The notes below the pieces were generated by a model. The model did no database searches. It saw only the letters and a program-made list of their open reading frames with translations, and was not told the origin of the DNA. From the human T2T-CHM13v2.0 reference genome, Homo sapiens, in the NCBI RefSeq assembly GCF_009914755.1, contig NC_060934.1: a DNA stretch of 64,000 nucleotides. One strand, 5' to 3'. Each line of letters opens with the position of its first letter. The first letter of the stretch is position 1. Made by a program: the position numbers and the translations under genes. Positions 44,020 through 55,864 of this stretch are shown piece after piece.

Positions 44020-44268
44020 AAATGTAGTGGTTAAGAGTTTAATCTCTGGAATCAGACAGACTCAAGTTTGAGTTCTAATCTTGTCTTTTACTGTTCTTGT
44101 AACAAGAAGCAAGTTGCTTAGCTTCTCGGATCCCATTTCTTCATCTGTAAAGTGGGGATAACAATAACCTCCTAGGCTTGTTGTGAGAATTAAATGATGA
44201 AATATAAGTAAAGTATCCAGCACTGTGCCTGGAACATAGTAAGTGTTCAATAAATGTTATCTGTTATT
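44020..44268 (+). mobile_element. Near full-length MIR SINE
   Basis: GTAGTGGTTAAGAG...TCATCTGTAAAGTGGGGATAA...GTGCCTGGAACATAGTAAGTGTTCAATAAATG. Confidence 0.92.
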
Positions 44269-44329
44269 ACAGTATTTATGTAACTTAGCTAACTGCAATT
44301 TAATTTATCTATGGGGGTTGGAATACTGT

Positions 44330-44658
44330 TGTCCTAGTCAATGTGGGCTGCTATAACAAAGTACCATAGACTGGGCAGCTTAACAACAGCAGAACTTTAT
44401 TTCTTACAGCTCTGGAGACTGGAAGTTGAATCAGGATAGCAGCATACTCAGGTCCTGGTGAGGGCCCTCTTCTGGGATCCAAGAATGAGGACTCCTTGGA
44501 TCCTCCCATGGTGGAAAGCAGGTAAGAGAGCTCTCTGGGGTCCTTTTTGTAAGCACGATCTAATTACCTTCCAAAGGCCCCTATCCCAATACCATCACAT
44601 TGAGGGTTTGGATGTCAACATTTGAATTTCTGGGCATGTAAACGCTTCATGCATTGCA
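44330..44658 (-). mobile_element. MLT1A-like solo LTR
   Basis: GGGCTGCTATAACAAAGTACCATAGACTGGGCAGCTT...AATACCATCACATTGAGGG. Confidence 0.9.
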
Positions 44659-45170
44659 GCGGTCATGGGGCAGAAGAATCACCTTGGATTTTAAGTGTAA
44701 TTCCTAAATCTTAAGGCAGTCTCTCCTTTCCCAGAGTGGGTTGCAATGTGACTCTCAGAAGCAATGTATTTGCAGGATCTTCACATTGAGAAACTGAAGA
44801 CAATTGCCCTAATGTTGAGATTTAAACCTGGAGAAAAGTGTTTCTAAATCTCTTCAAGAGGAAATGGCACTTGAGAAAGGCCCAGCCATTTTTTACTTTA
44901 AATCAAAATAGACAGGGATATTTATGGGTTCCTGATTAGGTATCTGGAGTCACCTGAATTGGTCTTCATGCTGGATAAACATCTGTATTCTTAAGATGAC
45001 TATTTAAGAACAAATAAAACTTCTCTGTCTTCTGAGGTAAGGGTAAAAGGTTTTTATGGGAAGTATAGCAGTGCTTCTGGAGTTTGCAGCTAACTTTGAG
45101 AATGTCTCTGGAAAAGAAATATCATGTTCTGTGGAGCTCAATTGGACCCAACATTATCACATGCCCAAGA

Positions 45171-45301
45171 GCTGGGCTAGCATATTATCGCAGTTTTCCT
45201 GAGATAATGGGACCAACATCATTGTCCCAACATCATTATTAATAGTACCTCATTTTACTCAAAAGTGTCCTGGTTTAGGTGACAAATTATATGGTCACCC
45301 T
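45171..45301 (-). mobile_element. hAT-Blackjack MITE (MER94/MER81-like)
   Basis: CTCAAAAGTGTCCTGGTTTAGGTGACAAATTATATGGTCACCCT terminus. Confidence 0.75.
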
Positions 45302-45350
45302 GTCTAAAACCTCATGTTCTATCTTTATTTAAAAATTTTAAAATATTTAG

Positions 45351-45752
<402 letters not shown>

Positions 45753-46586
45753 TCAGCTCTTAGTGGTAGAAAAATATTCCTCTATCTCAATGAAGTGGAG
45801 TTTGTCCTTTTGTGAGACACTGCAGACAATGAGAAATACATAAGACATTGGGTTTCCCTTTTTGCTTTGGCTGCCAGGAAGCTCAAGGCTAATTTGGAGC
45901 TCAATTACAGGATCATCTATAGTTTCAGATTTCTAAAGCAAGTTATTTCCTTACCTGTCATTGTTACTTGGTTTCTGTTTCAATTTTTATTGTGAGATCA
46001 TTTTCCTGGGATGATTTCAAATTATTTTTAAAAATAAGTAGAATATTAAAATGGAAAAGGTTGTGAATATTTTAGTTTTAGCATCTAAAGCCAACGAACT
46101 GACCAAACACAAGGTATTTCTTGTGGATATCTAGAGATGCCTCTTCTACATGGTCACTCTTGATAATGATGCGATGGTTAATTCTGGTGCCGTGGTAGGC
46201 TACATCATTTGGCCTCCCTCTATTCATGACCGATAACTTTGTAGTGCCCAACACTGGGTGTGGGACAATTGTCTTGGCTCAGTCATTCTTAGACTGGTTG
46301 ATTTTTTTTCTCTGGGTATGGACAAAACTGAATAGTAAAAGCTACAACCTTGGAAATCTTGACCATGTTTAGCTGTGAGGCAGGGATTTCTCCTCTTTCA
46401 GAGAACCACAACAGCCTGTCTGGAATGTCTACCACAGCAAAAGATCTTAGCAGCATTGAGCAAGTACTGGACTGCATAGGTCTAGTTTCCATCAAGGACT
46501 TCTTGTGGCAACAAGCCATGAAAAATAGTGGCCCAAATAGATTTCAGTGGTCGACATTTAGACAAAGACTCTAGGAAGATCATCTT

Positions 46587-49500
46587 AGTGTATGAAGAAG
46601 AGCTGGTACCATTCCTACTGAAACTATTTCAAAAAATTCAGAAAAAGGGAATCCTCCCTAATTCATTCTATGAGGCCAGCATCATCCTAATAGCAAAACC
46701 TGGCAGAGATGCAGCAAAAAAGAAAACTACAGGCCAATATCCTTGATGAACATAGATGCAAAAATCCTAACAAAATACTAGCAAAATGAACCTAGCAGCA
46801 CATCAAAAAGCGAATCCACCATGATCAAGTAAGCTATATGCCTGGGATTCAAGGTTGGTTCAACGTATGCAAATTGATAAATGTGATTCACCACATAAAT
46901 AGAACTTAAGGACCACATGATCATCTCAATAGATGCAGAAAAGGCTTTTGATAAAGTTCAGCACCCCTTCATGTTAAAACCTGCAACAAGCTAGGCACTG
47001 AAGGAACATACCTCAAAGTAATTAAGAACCATCTGTCAAAAATCCACAGCTGACATCATATTGATTGGGCAAAAGCTAGAGGACCCCTTGAGAACCAGAA
47101 CAAGACAAAGATGCCCTCTCTTACCACTCTTATTTAACATACTACTGGCAGTCCCAGCCAGAGCAATCAGGCAAGAGAAAGAAAGGAAAGACATCCAAAT
47201 AGGAAGAGAAGAAGTCAAGCTATCTGCTTGCAGATGATATGATTCTATACATAGGAAACCCTGTAGTACCTGCCGAAAAGCTCCTAGATCTGATAAACAA
47301 CTTTAGCAAAGTTTCAGGAACAAAATCAATGTACAAAAATCAGTAGCATTTCTATACACCAACAACATCCAGGTTGAGAGACAAATGAAGAATGTAATCC
47401 CATTCACAACAGCCACAAATTGAATAAAATGCCTAGGAATGCAGCTAACCAAGGAGATGAAAGATTTCTACAATGAGAATTACAAAATGCTGCTCAAAAA
47501 AATCAGAGATGACAAAAACAAATGGTAAAAAATTTCATGCTCGTGGATAGAAGAATCAATATTAGTTAAAATGGCCATACTGCCCAAAGCAATTTATAGA
47601 TTAAATGCTATTCCTGTCAAACTACCAATGACATTCTTCACAGAATTAGAAAAAAAAAAGATTCTGAAATTCATACGAAACCAGAAAAAAGAGCTCAAAT
47701 AGCCAAGGTAATCCTAAACAAAAAGAACAAAGCTGGAGGCATTACATTACTAGACTTCAAACTATACTGCAGGGCTACAGTAACCAACACAGCATGGCAC
47801 TTATACAAAAACAGGCACATAGACCAATGGATCAGAATAGAGAGCCCAGAAATAATGCTGCACTCTTACAACCATCTGATTTTCAACACAATTGACAAAA
47901 ATAAGCAATGGGGAGAGGACTCCTTATTCAATAAATGGTGCTGGGATAACTAGTTAACTATGTATGCAGAAAATTTAAACTGGACCACTTCCTTACACTA
48001 TATACAAAAATCAAGTCAAGATGAATTAAAGACTTAAATGTAAAACCTAGAACTATAAAAACCCTGGAAGATAACTTAGAAAATACCATTCTGAGCACAG
48101 GGCTATGCAAAGATTTTGTGATGAAGACTTCAAAAGCAATTGCAATAAAAACAAAAACTGACAAATGGGAGTTAAACTAAGGAGCTTCTACACAGCAAAA
48201 TAAACTACCTACAGAGTAAACAGACAACTTACAGAATGGGAGAAAATGTTTGCAAACTATGCATCTGACAAAGGTCTAGTATCCAGAATTAATAAGAAAC
48301 CTAAACAAATTTACAAGGAAAAACAACCAACTCCATTAGAAAGTGGGCAGAGGACATGAACAGATACTTTTCAAAAGAAAACATATGCATGGCCAACAAG
48401 CATATGAAAAAATGCTCAATATCACTAATTATTATATAAATGCAAATCAAAACCACAATGAGTTACCATCTCACACCTGTCAGGATGGCCGTTTTTTTTA
48501 TTTTTTTTCTTTCATCTTTTTGTTTTTTAACTTTTACTTTAGATTCAGGGGTACACATGCAGGGTTGTTATATAGGTAAATGCATGTCATGGGGGTTTGT
48601 TGTACAGATTATTTCATCACCCAGGTACTAAACCTAGTACCCAATAGTTATTTTTTCTGCTCCTCTCCCTCCTCCCCACCTTCATTGTCAAGTAGGCCCC
48701 AGTGTCTGTTGTTCCCTTCTTTGTGTTCTTGAGTTCTCATCATTTAGCTCCCATTTGTAAGTGAGAACATGCAGTATTTGGTTTTCTGTTCTTGTGTTAA
48801 TTTCCTAAGGATAATGGCCTCCAGCTCTATCCGTGTTCCTGCAAAAGACATGATCTTATTGTTTTTCATGGCTGCATAGTTTTCTGTGATGTGTATGTAC
48901 CACATTTTCTTTATCCCAAGTGTCATTGATGAGCATATAAGTTAATTCTATGCCTTTGCTATGGTGAATAGTGCTGCAATGAACATTTGAGTGCATGTGT
49001 CTTTATAGCGGAGCAATTTGTATTCCTCTGTAAAATTACAGCATCGTAATTTTTGGACTTTAACAATAGCTATCGTTTTAATAGCCATTCTATTGTTAAA
49101 AAGTCAAAAAATGACAGATGCTGGCAAGGTTGTGAAGAGAAGGAACTTCTTACACACTACTGCTGGTGGGAGTGTAAATTCATTCAGCCATTGTGGAAAG
49201 CAGTTTGGTGATTTCTTAAAGAACTTAGAACTACCATTGACCAAACAATCCCATTATTGGGTATATACCCAGAGGAGTATAAATCATCCTGCCATAAAGA
49301 CATGTCACTGCAGCACTATTCACAATAGCAAAGACATGGAATCAATCTAAATATCATCAGAAATAGACTGGATAAAGAAAATGTTTTGTAGTACATATAC
49401 ACCATGGAATACTATACAGCCATAAAAAGAATGAGATCATATCCTTTGCAGCAACATGGATGGATCTGGAGGCCATTATCCTTAGCAAACTAACACAGGA

Positions 49501-49802
49501 ACAGAAAACTAAATATTGCATGTTCTCACTTATGAGTGGAAGCTAAACTCTGAGTATGCATGGACACTGAGAGGGGTACAATAGACACCAGGGCCTACGT
49601 GAGGGTGGACAGTGGAAGGAGATTGAGGATTGAAAACCTACCTATCAGGTACTATGCTTATTACCTGAGTGATGAAATAATCTTTACACCAAACCCCCAT
49701 GAGATGCAATTTACCTATATAACAAACCTGCACATGTATCCCTGAGCCTAAAACAAAGGTTAAAAACAAACAATTTGAGAACTACAAAAAAAAAAAAAAA
49801 AA
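46587..49802 (+). mobile_element. 5'-truncated L1PA (older, approximately PA11-15) ORF2-3'UTR with 14-bp TSD
   Basis: ORF2 peptide [29 protein letters not shown]; TSD AGGAAGATCATCTT at 46573-46586 and 49803-49816. Confidence 0.95.
48492..49030 (-). mobile_element. Antisense L1PA 3' end nested inside the preceding L1
   Basis: Poly-T then TTAGATTCAGGGGTACACATGCAG...GTAAGTGAGAACATGCAGTATTTGG. Confidence 0.92.
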
Positions 49803-50387
49803 AGGAAGATCATCTTTGGGTTGTGTGAATGCCAAAGGGGCACATCTTAATTGAAGAAGACATGCACATCTTATCTCCTGTTAATAAGACATGTAGGGGG
49901 TCAAATTATTAATTGTAAAAATGAGAGCCACGTGATACCTGCCTGCTTGTGAAGCAGTTCAGTCGTCACTTTCAATGTGCAGGAGACGGAGAAGGACATG
50001 GAGGGAATGTGCCTCTCCATTTATGATACGGATTGGAGACTAGATGGGGTCCATAAGGAGGTGCTTTAGGAAAGGGGTGACCTCTGACTTCCTATGTAGG
50101 GTCCTAAGTTGAGAATGAATGTAATCTAGACCCAGGTGACATTTATGAAGGTGCCCAGCCTGCTGTGCTGACTTGCACAATGAGTTGCAGTGGCTGGAGC
50201 TGCCTAATGAGGCATGAGATGGAGTGTAATGCAAAGGCGGAGACAGTAACAAATTAGTCACGCAGATGGCTTTGAAAGGTGACCTGCAGCCACACAAACT
50301 CACAGCCTGAATTTCTGGCCCGAAGTGTTGTGCTGCAAAGCAGTTGCCTTCCATGTATTCTTTAAAAAAGAAAAAAGAAACAGTTAT

Positions 50388-51060
50388 CCCCTAGAGGGCA
50401 TTTCAGATTCTTGCTTCTTGTTTCACTTGCCAGAAAATAGAGATACAGAAGAAAAATTCCCTGGGAGGAAAATATAATTTGAGGGGTGATCGTCATTTAT
50501 TTGCTTCATTTAAGATTCAGCAAAACCAGGACTAATCCAGCTCTTCCCTGTCCTCCAGCAAATTTGCTTTCCTTCTATTGCTGCATCAATTTCCCCTTGT
50601 TTTCCTTCTGCAGTAGAGAAAGCACTAAGTTTGCTTTCGTTTTTCTGCTGTCTTACGCTTTGCGCTGACATCAATCATGCGCTCGACAGAACATTTATTT
50701 TACCAGTTTTCTCTGAGCTGAGCATCTTCTTTTTCTTTTCTTTTTTTAGTTTAATGGCATCTCAAAGCCATTGTGAATTTATCTACTCCGACATAAACTG
50801 AACACTGGAAAAGCTGCTCTTTGGCAATCTGTTAAGAGCAGCAGTTATCTATGTCCAATATCTAGTTTCTTAAAGAAACATTTCTCTATAATTTCAACGT
50901 CTGACGTCAATTCCAGGCCCCTTGGAAAGCATCCCTAGCTATAATAATCATTAATGGAGAAAAATTGGCATGCAAATACAATACTGAAGCACCAATGAAA
51001 CCAAATGTATCTCTAGGGTTACACTTACTGATCAACAACAGTAACAGCAAACATAGCTTT
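50388..51060. promoter_or_regulatory. Candidate enhancer in unique sequence
   Basis: Full CRE TGACGTCA 50902-50909, octamer ATGCAAAT 50970-50977, CpG cluster 50638-50685, CTCF-like CCCCTAGAGGGCA 50388-50400; motif evidence only. Confidence 0.3.
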
Positions 51061-51094
51061 TGTGCAATATCAGTTTTCCTTGAGCAAGGAAGGA

Positions 51095-51590
51095 TACTGT
51101 GTATGTAGTAGTTAATTTCACTGTTGCTCTACTATTTACTAAATGAGTGACCTTGGACAAATTCCTTAGCCTTTCTTGTGCCTCAAGTATAATGGGGAGC
51201 CACTAATGATGGTTCACATTTATTGGGCTCTTTACCAAGTGTCAGGCTATGTTTCAAGCTCTTTATCTTTAACTTACTAATTCTCCCAACAACACCTGAA
51301 TTACGTATAATTGCATCCATCCCCATTTTACCGAAGGAAAAACTAAGGGACAAAAAACGCTAACCAACTTGCCCAGTGTCACAGAACTGGAAAGTGGTAG
51401 AACCAGGGTCTCAGGCCAGGAGGTCTGACTCTGGGGTTGTGCTCTTTACCTCTACACTGGACTGCTTTGATGATCATTGTAATAATATATCCTCATTGGA
51501 TTGTTGAGAGGAGTTAGAGACTGGTTCACTAAAGTACATAGCACTATGTCCAGCATGTGGCACAATCTCATTTAAATGTTCACCAGTGTT
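51095..51590. mobile_element. MIR (+) split by a second MIR (-) at ~51205-51455
   Basis: GTGACCTTGGACAAATT...TAATGGGG, then antisense CCCCATTTTACCGAAGGAAAAACTAAGG, then CCTCATTGGATTGTTGAGAGGAGTTA. Confidence 0.7.
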
Positions 51591-52479
51591 GTTAAGGCTA
51601 AATCACTCAAACTCTTAAAGAATGACCAGTTGCCCAAATTTAAACTTGAACTTTTGAACTTGAGGTTAGTTCAAATGGCTCTGATTATTCCAGTCATTTC
51701 TATTACTATCCTTCAGAAAAATAATTTTGGAACAAAACCAGAATTACCTAATGTAATCCCAACATGATGGCAACTGGTATGAACAAGAGTAGGATGACTA
51801 TCAAGGTTAGTTCATGAGCAATGGTCAGCTTCTGGACCACTTTGTGACTTTCAGGAAGTGGACTTCTACTTCTCTTCCCAATATTTGAACCCATGCCCAC
51901 CCCTCCTTTGCCCTGTTTGTCTTGATAGCCCTTTCTACTCTATTCACGGTGTCTACTTCACATTGATGGAGTGCTGGAAATTATACTTTATTTCATTTTG
52001 TCCTCTGGTGCTGTTTTTGCAAGGAAGCACTGTAGCCCCAGCAGAGAGGTAATTTAATTTGTTTTTATTAACAAAGTCAAGTCATATGCAAACGAATTTG
52101 TTCAAGAGCTGTTTAATTAGAAAAGGGTTTTTTCCTTCCATTAGGTGATTCCCTGATGGAGGAAGATCTCACTCAAAAATGTACCATACCTCTATTAAAT
52201 GTCCCAAATGTTAGATTTAGGAGTGTTTCCATTTTGGATGAAAATTGCAATTTGGGTTTGGCGTAATTCCACACAAGTGAGTCTGTCTAAATGAGATAGA
52301 CGATTAGAGCTGAAGGGACTTTTGAGGTCAGTTATCCTAACTTCCTTAATATGGCAGATGTGGAAACTGAGGAACATGTCTTCTGAGAAGATTCCTCACC
52401 AATGTTTGTCTCTGGCATCGTTAGTCTTAAGGAATTGACGTAAAGGTTTATTAATTTGATGCAATTTGCCGTCTTCATT

Positions 52480-52527
52480 TTCTCTCTCTCTCTCCCCCTG
52501 TTTCTCTCTCTGTCTCTCTTTCTGTGT

Positions 52528-52558
<31 letters not shown>
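52480..52558 (+). repeat. Compound (CT)n(GT)n microsatellite
   Basis: Direct reading. Confidence 0.95.
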
Positions 52559-52699
52559 CAGGTATTTCAGGCTACTGGTACTTGATGAATAGGATGAATT
52601 TATTATTGACTTAACATGTCTTAAAAGTGTTGTTATTATAGAAACTCTATGTAGGCAACAATGATTGCCTTATGTGCCTAGCACTCCTGGGCTCCATTT

Positions 52700-53205
52700 C
52701 TCCTGACTACTGGTCCTCTCATCCCCCAGACACCCACTATTCTCCCATTTTATCTGCATAATTCCCACAGGAGCTGTCATTTTCTTAGCTGGTTGCATCC
52801 TTCCATGCACAGCTTATTGATCTAGTGGTGGACACATAACCCAAGTGGGTCCAATAAATTATTTCCTTGGGACTTTTAATGTTAAGACTGGAAAGAGCAA
52901 CAAAATAGGGTCTCTTGTAGTTAGAACTATGTGTAAAACATTTGGATGCCATTGGCTTCATGTATTCCATCAGGTGCAGAAAGTTGATCTGAAGGAAAGA
53001 GAAGAAGCCGAGACGTAACAGAGAGAAGCAAAAAGCAGAGATGGTCATGAGGATGTAGGATTGCAACTCCGGACTGTCTTAGGTCCTAGCGGCATTCCTG
53101 TTCTTCTGTCACGTAGCTCACTGCCTGTGGATTCCTTGAGGCAACCAGTCCTCTCTTTTTGGCTTGATTTAATTTAACAACACTGTGAACAAAAGAATAC
53201 TAGAA
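52700..53205 (+). mobile_element. Old MLT1 (K/L-like) LTR
   Basis: GTGGACACATAACCCAAGTGGGTCCAAT...CCTTGGGACTTTT...CAGAGAGAAGCAAAAGCAGAGATGG. Confidence 0.55.
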
Positions 53206-54719
53206 TTCCCAGAGAAGCAAGGGCGAGTGTCATTTTATCCAGTGTGCACCAGCTAGGCCAGATGCTGGAGGAGAAGTATTGAGGGGACAGGAAAAACATT
53301 CCCAGAAGAAATAGCCTTTGAATGATGTAGAACAGGCATTTATCCAGCTCAGCACAGAAGAGATCCTAATGCTTACCCAGGAAGGAGGATTAGAACCCCA
53401 CCCCACTAGTACAGGGCAGAGGGCATTCAAAGGCATCTCCAGAGGAAAGTGATGTCTCTGGATGTGCAGGCACAGTTCCTTACAACAAATCCTTATTTCT
53501 CATAAAATTCCAAAGAAAATTCTTTGTGTATTGCTCAGGAATGTTGTCCATAGTGGATGGGCCCCACATTGTTACTGTCACTCTCTGAATTTCCACATTA
53601 GGCCAACCACATAAGCATACATTTATACCAAAATATTGTGTCTGAACAAGGCTAGTGGATGTTTGGAAAAGTGCTACTATGTAAAGATTGATTTTAAGTT
53701 TAATTCCCAAACCCAACTTGCTCATTTCTAGATCCTCAGTACCTACATAACCAGTATAGGTCACAAGTCTTGGTAAGATTCTGAGAACCATAGAATTTAA
53801 GATTATAATTTTTTTTTCCTAAAGCAAATTCAGTCCAACTCTTCTACTGAATTTCCCTCTGTACCAAAGCTGGTAGAGTGGAGATTTATTCATTCGTCCA
53901 GTTTCTACCCCTTTCCTGAGGATATGTAGGAATCTAGGAGACTTGGTGCTTTTGGAGGAGGGTGGATCCCCTAATCTTGATCCATCAGGCTCACTCTTGA
54001 TCTCCTTATTGTCCCAGCTTGCCTAACTCTCTGAGGCACCACAACTTGTAATTTCTAGGCCAGGTCAAGTGTTCAGGAAGCCTTGTAAAGCTGAGAACCT
54101 AGGATCCTGGAACCAACCTCCTTAGATAGACTACAGGACCCTTCCCCCTCTGAAGTCTTACCAGCTCCACCAGGAAGCAGCAGGAGGGATTCTGCTGCTC
54201 CTGGGATCCATGTTCTCTTCCCACTTTCCAATCTGGGGAAAGCATTTCTCTCTCCCTTTCTGTTGGTCTCCTTCCTCACCTCTCTGTCCATGCACTCACT
54301 TCTCTTCAATGGATTTAGGCTTTTACAAAAGATACGAACAACTGACTTTACGTATCTTACACCTTTTCCCCAGGAAATACATTTTCCAGAAATATTGGAA
54401 GAGGACTTAATGACTGACTTGAAATGTAAAATGAGGCAGGATAGGAAATATAGGAAGAGCAAACAGTAACTCATATCTTAAATAATCTATCCAATGATAC
54501 GTGTTTATCAAATAATTGAAGGTATGAGAGAGAGCACTTCAGCCCTAAATGAAAAACTATTGAGTGTTGAGATTTTTTTCTGGCATGCTGTTAAGTCACT
54601 TGTGGATCAGCTTGATGTTTACAAGGTTGGCTTTTAAGCTTTCTTAAGATATGTCCTGAGGGGTCTTTTGGGTTAATGTAGCCCCACTACTAAGGTGTGA
54701 TAAAGAGTGTCTAATCTAT

Positions 54720-55857
54720 AACATAATAGTTACAGACTCAATGATTTCTCTCTAAATTTGAGAATAAGAGAAGTGTCAACTCTTACCATATCTATTCAGT
54801 ATTTTACTGGAGCTCTTGACCAGCACAATAAGTCAAGAAAAATAAATAAGGTCATATCTATTGGAAAGGGAGAAGTAAAACTGCTTTTATCCCCACAGTT
54901 GTCTGTGTAGAAAATGCGAAGGTATTTACAAACAATAAATAAAACAGAAGTACTAGAACTAATAAGTGAGTTTAGCAAGGTCACAGAAAGCAATAGAAAA
55001 AAATCAATTATATTTCTATATTCTAACAATGAAAAACTGGATATTGAAATTTTAAAAATAGCAGCATTTGTAATATCCAAACCATAAAATACTTGGGAAA
55101 ATTTTTAATAAAATATGTATAAGAGCTGTTTGCTAATAACTCTAAAGTGTTAATGAAATTAAAGAAGACCTAAACAAATCTGGCATATGAACATGATGAA
55201 TCTCCATAAGTCTCAACGTTGTTATGGTGTCATCTCTACTAAATTAGTGTATGGACTCAACACAATTATAATAGAAATATCAACAGGATTTTTATCTGTG
55301 TAGAAATTAACAAAATGATTCAAAAACTAAATGGAAACTCAGAACAGACAAAATAATTTTGAAAAAGAACAAAGCTATAGGATACACACTACCAGATTTT
55401 AAGACTTACCAATAGTTAAAGTAATTAAGTCAATGTCAAATTGACAAATAGATATATAGCACAATGGACCAGAAGAGAATCAGATGATTAACCCCCATAT
55501 GTAGATAGCTGACAGGTTTGTGACAAAGGTGCTGAAGTATATTCAAAAGGGGAAGAGCAGGTTTTCAACAAATAATTGAAATAGTTGAAAAGATTGGATA
55601 TTCATATGGAAAAATCAGCATCAACCTTTCTCTCACACTATACACAAAGTTTAACACAAAGTGTATTATAAACATAACAGCTAAAAGCTGTTAGGTTTAT
55701 TATTAAAAGCTAAAATCATAAAACTTGAAGAAGAAAATCTGTGGCTTTGAGTCAGGTAAAGATTTCTTAGATATGATATAAAAAGTACAAACTATAAAAT
55801 AATTGCTAAATTTTATTTCAACAAAACTAAAAACAGATGGTTTTTGAGGGAATGGTT
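54720..55857 (+). mobile_element. Old L1M ORF2 fragment (left half of host element)
   Basis: CTATTCAGTATTTTACTGGAG, GAACTAATAAGTGAGTTTAGCAAGGTCACAG, TTTTGAAAAAGAACAAAG. Confidence 0.88.
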
Positions 55858-55864
55858 TAAAATA

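Noticed and set aside
54170-54204. GC-rich hairpin CCAGGAAGCAGCAG-loop-CTGCTGCTCCTGG
   Set aside because: A 13-bp stem is too short for a pre-miRNA and there is no other ncRNA hallmark.
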